A stretch of DNA of 64,000 bases from Promethearchaeota archaeon. GTDB taxonomy: Archaea > Asgardarchaeota > Lokiarchaeia > Sigyniarchaeales > SOKP01. The stretch is taken from the NCBI GenBank assembly GCA_030599585.1, contig JAUVNS010000015.1, forward strand, positions 32,001 to 96,000, written 5' to 3'. Position numbers and translations under genes: made by a program. Every line of letters begins with the position of its first letter. Position 1 is the stretch's first letter. Shown piece by piece: positions 1 through 9,957 of the stretch. Under the pieces are notes generated by a model, which saw only the letters and a list, made by a program, of their open reading frames with translations, made no database searches and was not told the origin of the DNA.

Positions 1-124
1 TAGAAGAGTTAAAAACTGAGCTATATGCTTAACTTTTTTAAAAATAATACAACGAATAAATAAATACTCTTATTTTTAGTTCATTTTAATAACATTAATT
101 AGGTTACCTTAATGACGAGTTATT

Positions 125-955
125 ATGTACGAAAAGGAATTGGGAATAATTGGTGTTGGTAAAATTGGTTCTGCTCTCTTAAAAAGAATAATTTCTACTA
201 ATACAATCGATAGGAATAAAATTATTATTTTTGATGTAGATGAAGAGAAATTGCTCACCCTATCAAAAGATTTAAATGTAGATTGTGCTAATAGCAATAT
301 AGATTTAGTTAATTCATCTAAACATGTTTTACTTGCAGTAATCCCTCAAGTAATGGATAGTGTTTTGAGAGAGATAGAAACAGCAATATCTGGAGAGCAT
401 GTAATAATATCTATTGCAGCGGGAGTTTCTTTTACTCACATAACTAAAATAATTACGAATCCCATATCATTAATACGCATAATGACGAACACTCCAGCTC
501 TTGTAGGTGCAGCAGCTACAGCGATAGCTCGTAATGAAAATGTCAAAGAATACCAAATAGAGTTTGTTAAAAGAATATTCAATTCTGTAGGGATGGTAGT
601 TGAATTAGAAGAACGACATTTAGACGCAGTAACTGGTTTATCCGGAAGCGGTCCTGCTTACATATTTATAATTATTGAAGCTTTGGCTGATGGCGGCGTA
701 AAAATGGGGCTACCTCGGGACATTGCCCTAAAATTAGCTGCTCAGACCCTCTTAGGTTCTGCAAAACTTCTATTGGAAACAAACATACACCCCGCAGCAC
801 TGAAAGATATGGTAGCAACTCCAGGAGGAACTACTATTACTGCTATACACGAACTCGAATCTGCCAAAATAAGAGCTACATTAATTCGAGCAGTAGAAGC
901 TGCAACAATAAAATCTAAATCGTTAAATTCAGCAAAAGCAAATAATAATCGATAA
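125..955 (+). CDS. proC: Pyrroline-5-carboxylate reductase
   Basis: N-terminal GIIGVGKIG Rossmann motif; TGLSGSGPAY and VATPGGTT signature motifs. Confidence 0.96.
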   Translation: MYEKELGIIGVGKIGSALLKRIISTNTIDRNKIIIFDVDEEKLLTLSKDLNVDCANSNIDLVNSSKHVLLAVIPQVMDSVLREIETAISGEHVIISIAAGVSFTHITKIITNPISLIRIMTNTPALVGAAATAIARNENVKEYQIEFVKRIFNSVGMVVELEERHLDAVTGLSGSGPAYIFIIIEALADGGVKMGLPRDIALKLAAQTLLGSAKLLLETNIHPAALKDMVATPGGTTITAIHELESAKIRATLIRAVEAATIKSKSLNSAKANNNR

Positions 956-1004
956 TTAGTTTTATAAAACTTTTTATGCAAGATTTTCTTGTTATCTGTT
1001 AGAA

Positions 1005-2216
1005 ATGCCAAAATTATCCAAATTTGGAGAAGATTTTTTACTACTGGCACTCAGAATTGACAAACACATTAAAGGTTATGTCGATTTTTATTTTGGTCCA
1101 GAAAAACTCCGGCAAATTGTAGATCATGAGTCTCTAACAGCTCCAAACACATTGTTAAATGACTCTAACAATTTAATAAAACAACTGGGAGCTCAAGGTT
1201 ACAACAAAGAACGCGAATGGTATATCGAAAAGTTATTGGTCGCTATGAAAACCTCAATAGAAATTTTATTAGGTTCTGAAATTTCGATTAAAGACCAATT
1301 TACAAGACTTTATGATGTAGACCTACAACCCGCTAAAGAAGCTGATTTAGATAATTTAAAGGAAGAGTTTGAGAATGCGTACAAAGGATCTGGAAGTTTA
1401 GAAGAACGAATGAGTAAGTTAAGAGTACAGCGTAAGGTTCCTAAATCTGATGTTTTCGTTTTATTCAAAAAAGCGCTTAAAATTGTGAAAAGTCGAACTA
1501 AAGAATTGTTTGGTAATCTTTTACCCAAAAATGAATATATTATTATAGACTTAATAGGGGACAAAAACAGCGATAAAACAAAATGGTCTTATTACAACTG
1601 GTACTTGGGAAATTATATTTCCCGAATTGAAATTAATCCAAATTACAATGTGTATTGGAGCTCACTTTTATCCTCTGCCGCTCATGAGGGATATCCTGGG
1701 CATCATACGGAATTTGCTGTTAAAGAACAATGTTTATATCGAAAATTATATCAATTCGAACATTCCTTATTAATACTTCACTCACCCAAATTAATAATTT
1801 CTGAAGGAATTGGAAATTTAGCAATTTCTGTAATGTTTTCAGATATGGATGCTGCAGAAATTAGTTTAAGAGAATTTTGTCCAAATACATCCAAAACGGA
1901 TTCTTTTGATGTAGTGGCTTCACAAAACAGTGTAAGAAGAAAATTGTCTCTTTTTTGGTATAATCTTGCATACCGTGCGCTAATTGACGAATATAGTACC
2001 GAAGAACTAATCTGCTATGGAAAAAATTTTGAAGTTTTCAGTGAAGATACGATTCAAAATAACCTAAAAAGAATGATAGATCCTGTGTATTCAAAAAACG
2101 CTTTTTTATATGACCTTGGGACCAATCTCATTAGAAACAAGTATGGAATTGTTCCATCAGCTAAAAATTACCAAAATTTGCTTAAAACTGCGATATTACC
2201 CTCAAATTTAAAATAA
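1005..2216 (+). CDS. DUF885-like putative zinc metallopeptidase (copy 1)
   Basis: HEGYPGHH motif plus downstream ISEGIG; closely related to 15361..16575 over its full length. Confidence 0.7.
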   Translation: MPKLSKFGEDFLLLALRIDKHIKGYVDFYFGPEKLRQIVDHESLTAPNTLLNDSNNLIKQLGAQGYNKEREWYIEKLLVAMKTSIEILLGSEISIKDQFTRLYDVDLQPAKEADLDNLKEEFENAYKGSGSLEERMSKLRVQRKVPKSDVFVLFKKALKIVKSRTKELFGNLLPKNEYIIIDLIGDKNSDKTKWSYYNWYLGNYISRIEINPNYNVYWSSLLSSAAHEGYPGHHTEFAVKEQCLYRKLYQFEHSLLILHSPKLIISEGIGNLAISVMFSDMDAAEISLREFCPNTSKTDSFDVVASQNSVRRKLSLFWYNLAYRALIDEYSTEELICYGKNFEVFSEDTIQNNLKRMIDPVYSKNAFLYDLGTNLIRNKYGIVPSAKNYQNLLKTAILPSNLK

Positions 2217-2467
2217 AAAATTAGATTTTTCCTAGCACATAATCTGGTGTTGGAGAAGTTAAAAACAATTCTTTAGATTTGAAAATTAAAAATTCAATTA
2301 ACTTTTTAGATTAGATTTCTTCAGCATAAAAATTTTATTAAAGAATCCCAAAATAACAAATTCGTAGTTTAAATAATCACTTTGGAATTAAATATAAAGT
2401 GAAAAAAAAGAGAAATGATTTCTAATTCAAAGTTAATATTTTTCAATTATCCAAAGGAGTGAGTAAT

Positions 2468-2497
2468 ATGCCTGGTGAGGACGGAATAGCACCTTAA
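2468..2497 (+). CDS. Candidate micro-peptide MPGEDGIAP (9 aa)
   Basis: ATG CCT GGT GAG GAC GGA ATA GCA CCT TAA, preceded by SD-like AAGGAGTGA; one of four MPG-x5-P micro-ORFs. Confidence 0.6.
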   Translation: MPGEDGIAP

Positions 2498-2651
2498 TTT
2501 TGTGCTTTTTATAAAAACACTCGAAGATTGTGTTTTTATAAGAGCATCATATATTTTTTCTTCTTTTTTTAACTCAAAGATTAAATAATTTATATTAGAA
2601 ATAAAATTAAAATTTATCAGAAAAAGAAAATAATACAACTTAGTGATTAAA

Positions 2652-2681
2652 ATGCCTGGTCGAGATAGGTTTCATCCTTAA
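2652..2681 (+). CDS. Candidate micro-peptide MPGRDRFHP (9 aa)
   Basis: ATG CCT GGT CGA GAT AGG TTT CAT CCT TAA, preceded by SD-like AGTGA. Confidence 0.6.
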   Translation: MPGRDRFHP

Positions 2682-2834
2682 TTTGATGTCGCTAATAAGA
2701 GTAGTATTTTTTTAGCTCGAAGTTTAAAGTGTTTATATCTAAAATGTAATAACACTTATCCTAATAAGAAAATATTACAATTAAGAGAATAAAATACAGC
2801 AATATACTCTACATGGATGAACTATAGACGAGTA

Positions 2835-3818
2835 TTATATGATTTCTTTACCTCTTTCTATAAAATTGATTGTCTTTTGATCGTTTATTGTTAAGGTAAA
2901 TGTTTTAATGTCTGGTTCATATGTGTTATAAATTTCATATGCATCTTTTTCTTCTTCTTTTCTGCAAAAGGTATACACTGAGCGACCCAATTGATTCATA
3001 CTTACTCCAATAACATCCAATTTGTTTAAGTTGTTAAGTAATTCCTTTGTTTTATCTAAATTTAAAATCTCCATAATTTGTGTATTTTCTACAAATTCAT
3101 ATGATGCCTTAATAAAATTCTTGTAATTGGGTTTTAATAATAATTTGTTCAAAGCTAATTTGCCTGCTTTTTTTATGTTCGAACTTAATTTTTCATCTGT
3201 TAGTATTGATTTGGTTTTTATAGCTCCGAAAGAGCCACAAATGACTAGAAGATCTTCAGGACTTTTTAAACGCTTATAGTTACAAGGATAACCTGGTTCT
3301 TTTAGAATACATAAACCACCCCCTAATTGGCCACAAACGGTCCCCAATCCCGTTTTATTAACAACTTCAGCAATGTGAGCTATCCTACCGCTTTCTAAAT
3401 TAGTCAAATTTAGGTTCAATAGTTTGTTTAATCCAAAGATCGTTCCCAATGCTCCTGACCCACTTGCTCCGTAACCACAACCAACGGGTAAATCAAAAAA
3501 GTGTTCTATTTTTACATTAATCGGGGAATCAATCAGTTTTCTAATATACTCGTATATGAAATAAGATGTTTCTGCTTTATAATCTAATTTTTCTTCATTA
3601 ATGTAAATCGAGCACCGACTTTCCTCTTCTCTTTCGAGCTTTTTACAAGATATTGCCGTTTTCCCTACCCCACTTACGTTAAACCCGGCTCCTCGAGAAC
3701 CAATTTTTTCCGGATTTTTAATTGGAATCCCGTTTTCTTTATCTACAATTTCAAAAAACCCCGATATACGGTGAGGAACTTCAACAATAATTTTATTTGT
3801 AGTACTTACCATACCCAT
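2835..3818 (-). CDS. Pantoate kinase (GHMP kinase family)
   Basis: VPHRISGFF, GSRGAG, LPVGCGYGASG GHMP loop, AHIAEV..TGLG. Confidence 0.88.
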   Translation of the reverse strand: MGMVSTTNKIIVEVPHRISGFFEIVDKENGIPIKNPEKIGSRGAGFNVSGVGKTAISCKKLEREEESRCSIYINEEKLDYKAETSYFIYEYIRKLIDSPINVKIEHFFDLPVGCGYGASGSGALGTIFGLNKLLNLNLTNLESGRIAHIAEVVNKTGLGTVCGQLGGGLCILKEPGYPCNYKRLKSPEDLLVICGSFGAIKTKSILTDEKLSSNIKKAGKLALNKLLLKPNYKNFIKASYEFVENTQIMEILNLDKTKELLNNLNKLDVIGVSMNQLGRSVYTFCRKEEEKDAYEIYNTYEPDIKTFTLTINDQKTINFIERGKEII

Positions 3819-3884
3819 TAAATATTTACTTGACCCAATTTAATTATATATTAATTAAAAAATAAAAGTCAATTATAGTTTATT

Positions 3885-4592
3885 ATGACAAAGAATATTG
3901 TGATAAAGTTTGGGGGCTCTCTTCTATTTTCTGGAGGGGGAACTATAAATTATAAAAAAATTACCGAATTTTGCGATTTAATAAAAAACGACAAAAATTA
4001 CGATTCAATCGTTATCGTATGTGGAGGAGGAAAGATAGCTAGACAATATATTAAAGCAGTAAGAGAATTTACCAAGAATGAAATATTATGTGATATGATA
4101 GGAATTGACATAGCGCGAATAAACTCCCGATTAATAGTAGCTAACATGAAAGAATTTGCTTATCCTCAGGTTCCAGAATCATTTGAAGAATTATCGACAG
4201 CGATCATTACTAGTAAAATTGCAGTAATGGGAGGATTACAACCGGGGCAATCAACGACTTCTGTAGCTATTCAAGTAGCAGAATTTCTAAAAGCAGAGCG
4301 TTTAATAATCCTTACTGATGTTGATGGCATTTACGATAAAGATCCGAAAGTATTTGAAGACGCAAAATTATTGAGAGAACTTGATTACGATTCCCTTCAA
4401 AAAATTATAATAGAAATATCCGGCGATAAGCAAGCTGCGGCCGGAGAATATAGGATTTTTGATGCCGTTTCTTTGCAGATCTTAAAAAGAAGTAATGTAG
4501 TTGTATCGGTAATTTCGGGTTCGAACCTAGATCAGTTTAAAAAATTATGGAATAACGAAAAAGCGAATGTAGGCACAACAATCACGAAATAA
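3885..4592 (+). CDS. pyrH: UMP kinase
   Basis: VIKFGGS, VCGGGKIARQYI, PGQSTT, TDVDGIYDKDP. Confidence 0.93.
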   Translation: MTKNIVIKFGGSLLFSGGGTINYKKITEFCDLIKNDKNYDSIVIVCGGGKIARQYIKAVREFTKNEILCDMIGIDIARINSRLIVANMKEFAYPQVPESFEELSTAIITSKIAVMGGLQPGQSTTSVAIQVAEFLKAERLIILTDVDGIYDKDPKVFEDAKLLRELDYDSLQKIIIEISGDKQAAAGEYRIFDAVSLQILKRSNVVVSVISGSNLDQFKKLWNNEKANVGTTITK

Positions 4593-4658
4593 CTTTTTTT
4601 ATAATAAAATATTAAAATTTAGCACATTTTTCTAACATAGTAATTAAAAACTTAACAC

Positions 4659-4904
4659 GTGAGTAAAAAGAGAATGTCTCAATCTACTTGGAAAGACCAG
4701 ATTAAAAAAAAATGGGGACCTCATAGCCATTGTCCTATTTGTGGAAAAGCAATGCCAACAGATAAGCAATTTTGTAGCCAAAACTGTCGAGATAATTACC
4801 ACGGCACCCAAAAAAAGCAGAAAAAAAAAAGCAGAATTCAAATGATATTCATGTTTGGTATGATGGCAGTTGTTTTCGTATTCATGTTTCTTTTCACAGG
4901 ATAA
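4659..4904 (+). CDS. DUF2116-like Zn-ribbon membrane protein
   Basis: PHSHCPICG..FCSQNC followed by a C-terminal TM helix; typical neighbour of pyrH. Confidence 0.75.
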   Translation: MSKKRMSQSTWKDQIKKKWGPHSHCPICGKAMPTDKQFCSQNCRDNYHGTQKKQKKKSRIQMIFMFGMMAVVFVFMFLFTG

Positions 4905-4981
4905 AAATCAAGCAAAATTGTGCTTCCCTTTTCTATTTGACATAAACTTGGAAGTAATTCGATAATTAGCGCCTTAGGATT

Positions 4982-5100
4982 GCAGGGATAGCCAAGCGGT
5001 CAACGGCGGTGGACACAATCGAGAACACATAATATGTTCTCGAGCCACACTCAAGATCCATTGACATAGGTCTACAGGGGTTCAAATCCCCTTCCCTGCA
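4982..5100 (+). tRNA. tRNA-Leu(CAA) with 36-nt intron (5015..5050) at non-canonical position 32/33
   Basis: Acceptor stem GCAGGGA/TCCCTGC, T-loop GGTTCAAATCC; removing the intron gives anticodon arm GTGGA-CTCAAGA-TCCAT; BHB core GTGG/CCAC with ACA and ACT bulges. Confidence 0.9.
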
Positions 5101-5164
5101 TCTTCAATATTTACAATAAGAAGAGAAACTCGTAAAGTTACTTCTAAAATATTTATTACTTCAT

Positions 5165-5524
5165 TTAGCTCTGAGAAATTTCAATTAGTGCTTCCTTCAG
5201 TAAATCCATTAAAGGTTTGATAACCTCTTGATCTTCTTTTACGTGTCTTAAAAAAAGTAGAAGCAATACGGGCTCTTTAAGGTCGGAAGACATCTTTTCG
5301 ACGATAATTTTGCTTAGAATTTTACTTTGAACTCCAAATATTTGGTGAGAAGCGGAAGACGTTTTCATATTCTCAATTATAGAAGGAATTCCTAACGTTA
5401 CGGTTCCGATACCCATTCCTTCTTCATCGGAAATAAGTACGAGATAGCTTTTTAGTAATTTAAAAATAGAAATATGTAAACAAATATTGTCTATTTTTTT
5501 TTGTTTTTCAATAAGTGGTTTCAT
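5165..5524 (-). CDS. Hypothetical protein, possibly proteasome assembly chaperone PAC3/PAC4-like
   Basis: 119 aa; YLVLISD..GIGTVTLGIP pattern; fold resemblance only. Confidence 0.45.
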   Translation of the reverse strand: MKPLIEKQKKIDNICLHISIFKLLKSYLVLISDEEGMGIGTVTLGIPSIIENMKTSSASHQIFGVQSKILSKIIVEKMSSDLKEPVLLLLFLRHVKEDQEVIKPLMDLLKEALIEISQS

Positions 5525-5559
5525 TTTAATGTATCACTTTACGCCTAAAAAGTAGATAT

Positions 5560-6363
5560 TCAAATCCCAATTTCTTTAATGGCTTCATTTACTTCGTAAT
5601 TTTTATGCACAACTAAATATAATGCTTTTACAACTTTTGTAGGATCTTCTGCTTGAAACACATTTCTTCCGAACGCCACACCTGCTCCACCAACTTCTAT
5701 GGATTGTTTAGTTACTTCTAGAATTTCTCTCAAACTTGCCTTTACACCTCCAGCTATAATAACCGGCGCCATACATCCAGCAACAACCTCTTTAAAAGAA
5801 TCAGGATCTCCAGTCCAATTTGTTTTTACTAAGTCTGCTCCGAGTTCCGCGGCAACTCTTGCGGCGATTTTAACAACCTGAACATCGTACTCGTTGTCAA
5901 TATTTTCTCCACGAGGATACATCATTGCCAAAAGTGGTATCCCAAATTCTCGACACTCGCGCGAAACATTTCCCAAGATTTCTAACATTTCTGGATCAGT
6001 TTTTGTTCCAATGTTAATGTGTAAAGATACGCCATCAGCACCCAATTTTACAGCTTCCAATACATTATTTACTAAGACCTTGTAATTTGATTCTGGGCTT
6101 AATGATGTGGATCCGGATAAGTGTAGAATCAATCCGATATCCGGACCGTATCCCCTATGCCCATAAAGTGGAATCCCAACATGTCCTAAAACCGCATTAG
6201 CACCACCTAAGGCAATTTTGTTAACAATTTCTCCTAGATTTCTTTCTATTCCTTTAATAGGTCCTAATGTTAATCCATGATCCATAGGAACTATAATTGT
6301 TCTTTTTGTTTCTCTATTAAATATTCTTTCTAACCTAATACTTTTGCCTATGTAACCAGAAAT
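5560..6363 (-). CDS. DhnA-type class I aldolase / 2-amino-3,7-dideoxy-D-threo-hept-6-ulosonate synthase
   Basis: PMDHG, AMMYPRG, ELGADLVKT, GRNVFQ; frame extends 26 codons upstream of the called ATG through conserved GKSIRLERIF to an ATT codon behind GGTGA. Confidence 0.9.
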   Translation of the reverse strand: MSGYIGKSIRLERIFNRETKRTIIVPMDHGLTLGPIKGIERNLGEIVNKIALGGANAVLGHVGIPLYGHRGYGPDIGLILHLSGSTSLSPESNYKVLVNNVLEAVKLGADGVSLHINIGTKTDPEMLEILGNVSRECREFGIPLLAMMYPRGENIDNEYDVQVVKIAARVAAELGADLVKTNWTGDPDSFKEVVAGCMAPVIIAGGVKASLREILEVTKQSIEVGGAGVAFGRNVFQAEDPTKVVKALYLVVHKNYEVNEAIKEIGI

Positions 6364-6476
6364 AGTTTATTCACCAATAAATCAATGGTTATATAATTAA
6401 ATTTAACTATAGAATATATATTATAATAGTTAGCATTTTTTTAATTCTTTTAAAACAAACTCGTTGTTAAAATTGA

Positions 6477-6701
6477 ATGTTAGAATCCAAGGACGATCAT
6501 TCGATTAAAGAAAATAATGGAAATATTAATTGCTATAACTGTGGTAGTAAAATTGCAAATGTCAATCTTAAATATTGCATAAATTGTAATACTATATTAA
6601 ATCCAAACGATTTAAAGTGGAGAAACAGTTTTATTTATTTTATCAGCTTGCTATGCTTAATTCCAATCCTAATCGCGCTTTTTTCTAGCTGGTTATCTTA
6701 G
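6477..6701 (+). CDS. Small Zn-ribbon membrane protein
   Basis: CYNCG..CINC plus a C-terminal hydrophobic helix. Confidence 0.6.
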   Translation: MLESKDDHSIKENNGNINCYNCGSKIANVNLKYCINCNTILNPNDLKWRNSFIYFISLLCLIPILIALFSSWLS

Positions 6702-6791
6702 CCTTAATAGATTGTGTTCAAACATAATTTCATAGCTAAAGAATGTAAATCAACAGTTTAATAAATTGGGTAGGAAACGATATAAATATGC

Positions 6792-7298
6792 TTATTCAGG
6801 AGAAAAAACTACATCGGAAATTCGTTGCCTACGTATGTCAAAATCATGATCAAGATGAAGAGTAATACAATGTTGATCCTTCATCTGAGAATTACTATGA
6901 ACATAGCTTATTGGAACGACAGGTAAATCAGATTTATTGATATAATTTTTAGGGATGGGTACTGGAATTATTTCTTTACATCGTTCACAATTTACTAAAA
7001 CAACTTTAATTTTATCAGATTCTAACCTTTTCAATTTTTGTAAAAGATCAGCAGATAACCCTGGAGAATTAACCGTTAGTTTATTCTTCTTTTTTGGCGA
7101 TTCTGGAACTAAGGGGATTCCTAATTCGACATCCTCAACAGTCGAGAAATCTAAATTTGATTTATCCTTTTTTTTTTTAATTTTAATAGAAGATTTCTTC
7201 TCGTCCTTATTTTTTTTGCTGGAAAATTTAGGATTTGACTTGGGAGTTGTGTTTTTGATTACTGTAGGTTTTTTATTGTCTTTATTTGGATTTTCCAA
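6792..7298 (-). CDS. Hypothetical protein, Lys-rich N-terminus and C-terminal putative Zn site
   Basis: CERC ... H ... H; TTG start behind AGTGA. Confidence 0.65.
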   Translation of the reverse strand: MENPNKDNKKPTVIKNTTPKSNPKFSSKKNKDEKKSSIKIKKKKDKSNLDFSTVEDVELGIPLVPESPKKKNKLTVNSPGLSADLLQKLKRLESDKIKVVLVNCERCKEIIPVPIPKNYINKSDLPVVPISYVHSNSQMKDQHCITLHLDHDFDIRRQRISDVVFSPE

Positions 7299-7385
7299 TT
7301 ATATCACTATATTTGAAATTATTCGATTTCTATAATAATATCGTTCGTAAATCATTTATATCTTTGTACTTAAGCTCGTGAGAAC

Positions 7386-7994
7386 CTAAACTCCAAAAAT
7401 CTGCCTTAGTTCAGAATATATTTTTGATAGCTCTGATATGATAGGTGTGTTGTTTTGTTGAAGATAATAATTAATGTATCCCGAAAGGCCCTCGCTATCT
7501 TTAATCCATTCTAAAAACGACTGAACCTCGCCCTTCAGTTGAGGATCTATGTTTGCTGCAACACTTGGCTGACCCTTTCCACCAGCAGTGCCTAATTGGC
7601 TATTTGGATCGATGTAAGTTTGTTTTGAGCTTAATTCTGAAACTGCTCTTGCTGTATCCATAGTAGCTCCCATAGGTTCCCCATCGGGCTCGAGATAAAC
7701 AAGTATTTTATGTTCTTCGTCTTTCGATCCAATAATGTGTCCTTCACCTCGAATTGAAGTGGCAACTAGTCTCTCTGACGTACACTGAAGAACTGAATAT
7801 TTCACACCTGATACCATTACGAATCTTGCATTCAAACTATTCCAACTAGATATTACTTTACCGACATCGGAACTAATATCCCAATTATCTGTTGAGTGAA
7901 GAATAGTGTCTCTTCCTTGAATTACAGCGGCAGCGATAATGCTTGGATCTTTTTGTAATAAATTGTGAACAACAGTAGCTGGATCATTTGGCAT
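7386..7994 (-). CDS. Asgard profilin-like protein with C-terminal extension
   Basis: STDNWDIS, SGVKYSVLQCTSERLVATSIRGEGHII resemble Loki profilin motifs (TENWNIS, GIKY..TEERKIGTNITGKGH). Confidence 0.8.
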   Translation of the reverse strand: MPNDPATVVHNLLQKDPSIIAAAVIQGRDTILHSTDNWDISSDVGKVISSWNSLNARFVMVSGVKYSVLQCTSERLVATSIRGEGHIIGSKDEEHKILVYLEPDGEPMGATMDTARAVSELSSKQTYIDPNSQLGTAGGKGQPSVAANIDPQLKGEVQSFLEWIKDSEGLSGYINYYLQQNNTPIISELSKIYSELRQIFGV

Positions 7995-8098
7995 TTTTTT
8001 TTTCCAATTTTTTAGATTAAAATATCCTATACAGAAATAATAATAATAATAGTATAAATATAATTATAAAAGTTGTATTAAAATTTGTGTTTAATCAT

Positions 8099-8626
8099 CT
8101 ATTCATCTTTTGATGTCTTAATATTGATTCTTCCAAACTTAGGTTTATGTTGAAATTTGTTACTGTTATCGTTCGAATTATTCATAGTTTTGTTTCTGTT
8201 TCGGAAGGTTAGTTTATTATTTAAAAACATTTTATGTTCTAAGTCGTTTTTTCTTTGTGCATTAAAGTGGTCTTTTAAGGAACCTTCATCTCTAAACATT
8301 TTTCCACACACAGCACAACTATAATACGGTTCTCCTAATAGACCTTTAGGTGTTTTAACAACAATTGGGAATTTTTTTCTCCCCTTCAATAAGCCCCCCT
8401 CTTTCCGACACCTATGTCTTATTAATTTTCCATACGGGGGGTATTGAAAAAACATTTTACTTCCGTGAGTACATTCCCAGTATAAAACATCAGCTCCGCA
8501 CTTTTTACAAACAGTTTGAAAAGATCGAAGATAACAGTGTTTTCCGTGACTTTTATAAAAATGTCGCATTATATAATTAGAAATTTCTAACTTATTAAAA
8601 TTTTTTGATGAAACGATATAAGCCAA
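8099..8626 (-). CDS. Zn-finger protein (CxxC..CxHG and C2H2-like)
   Basis: CKKCG..WECTHG; YSCAVCGKMF..LKDH. Confidence 0.65.
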   Translation of the reverse strand: MAYIVSSKNFNKLEISNYIMRHFYKSHGKHCYLRSFQTVCKKCGADVLYWECTHGSKMFFQYPPYGKLIRHRCRKEGGLLKGRKKFPIVVKTPKGLLGEPYYSCAVCGKMFRDEGSLKDHFNAQRKNDLEHKMFLNNKLTFRNRNKTMNNSNDNSNKFQHKPKFGRINIKTSKDE

Positions 8627-8737
8627 TTTTTTAAAAGAGGTTTTTTATTAACTGATAAATCCATAAAACGCAAACATTTAAATGTATGATTTTAATTATA
8701 GAAATTAAGGAATTGAACTTTATGTGGGTATAAGTAA

Positions 8738-9667
8738 TTGGATCTTTCAATGCCTCAAAATAATTTAAATTTATGCCCAGAATGTGGGAATGCAAATCTA
8801 ATTTCTGATAACGCAAGAGGCGAAATAGTCTGTAATGTATGTGGTTTAGTTTTAAGCCAAAACCTTATTGATTCAGGTCCAGAATGGAGAGCCTTTTCTT
8901 CAGAAGAAGCAAATAAAAAAGCTCGAGTAGGAGCACCAACAACATTGACGCTTCATGATAAGGGACTAAGTACTATGATTGGTTGGAAAAATAAGGATGC
9001 TTTTGGTAAGAGCATAAGCCCTAAAATGAAAGCCGAAGTCTATCGATTGAGAAAATGGCATGTTCGAACGAGAACTAACAAATCAATAGATAGAAATTTA
9101 GCATACGCAATGAACGAGTTAGATCGATTTTCATCGCAATTGAGTGTGTCAAGAGAGCTAAAAGAATCTGCAGCTCATATATATAGAAAAATGGCCCATA
9201 AGAACCTTATACGTGGAAGATCAATAGAAGCAATGTTGATAGCATCTATTTATCTATCATGCAGATTAAATAATATCCCTAAAACTCTTGATGATTTTAC
9301 CGAGTTTGCTTTAGTTGATAAAAAAAAAATAGCTCGATGCTATAGGCTAATTTTAACAGAATTGAAGATAAATATTCAGGTTTCTTCACCGATTAATTTC
9401 ATTCCTCGCTTTTGTGCTGAATTAAATCTTTCGGGTAGAACTCAAAACCGAGCTGCAGAATTATTAAAATTAGCTAAAAAATATCATTTAACCGCTGGAA
9501 AAGCACCAACCGGTCTAGCTGGGGCTGCGTTATATGTGGCAGCAATACAAGAAGGAGAAAGGAGGACTCAGAAAGAAATTTCTCTGGCCGCTGGTGTTAC
9601 TGAAGCTACTATTAGGAATAGGTATAAGGAAATAGTAAATCATTTAAGATTTAATTTAAATCCCTAA
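8738..9667 (+). CDS. tfb: Transcription initiation factor IIB
   Basis: CPECG Zn ribbon, GPEWRAF, LHDKGLST, two cyclin repeats, GVTEATIRNRYKE. Confidence 0.97.
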   Translation: MDLSMPQNNLNLCPECGNANLISDNARGEIVCNVCGLVLSQNLIDSGPEWRAFSSEEANKKARVGAPTTLTLHDKGLSTMIGWKNKDAFGKSISPKMKAEVYRLRKWHVRTRTNKSIDRNLAYAMNELDRFSSQLSVSRELKESAAHIYRKMAHKNLIRGRSIEAMLIASIYLSCRLNNIPKTLDDFTEFALVDKKKIARCYRLILTELKINIQVSSPINFIPRFCAELNLSGRTQNRAAELLKLAKKYHLTAGKAPTGLAGAALYVAAIQEGERRTQKEISLAAGVTEATIRNRYKEIVNHLRFNLNP

Positions 9668-9707
9668 AGAGCATTGAAAACGAGATAACAATAAAATTGG
9701 TAGAGAT

Positions 9708-9857
9708 TTAAATAACTTTAATCCGTTTTATTACATCAGGGCGTTTTTTATATAATATACGAAAACCACAGTGAGAACATTTTATCCCTGGAAGTGCGTT
9801 TAATTCTTTTTTAGAGACATCTTTTCCGCAACTTTTTCGAGCACAAACATATTTCAT
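9708..9857 (-). CDS. rpoP: DNA-directed RNA polymerase subunit P (Rpo12); not in the ORF track
   Basis: Manual translation MKYVCARKSCGKDVSKKELNALPGIKCSHCGFRILYKKRPDVIKRIKVI, with the CxxCGxRILYKxRP signature. Confidence 0.93.
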   Translation of the reverse strand: MKYVCARKSCGKDVSKKELNALPGIKCSHCGFRILYKKRPDVIKRIKVI

Positions 9858-9957
9858 AATTTTTAAAATTAATTAAAGTTAAAAAATTTTTCGCACATAA
9901 TTAAAAATGCTGACAAAATTCCTTAAAATATAGAATTTGTTAAGAAAATAAATAGAA

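Noticed and set aside
2447-2638. 63-aa minus-strand ORF, and 16941..17123 on the plus strand
   Set aside because: AT-rich low-complexity translations not conserved between the duplicated cassettes, unlike the micro-ORFs they overlap
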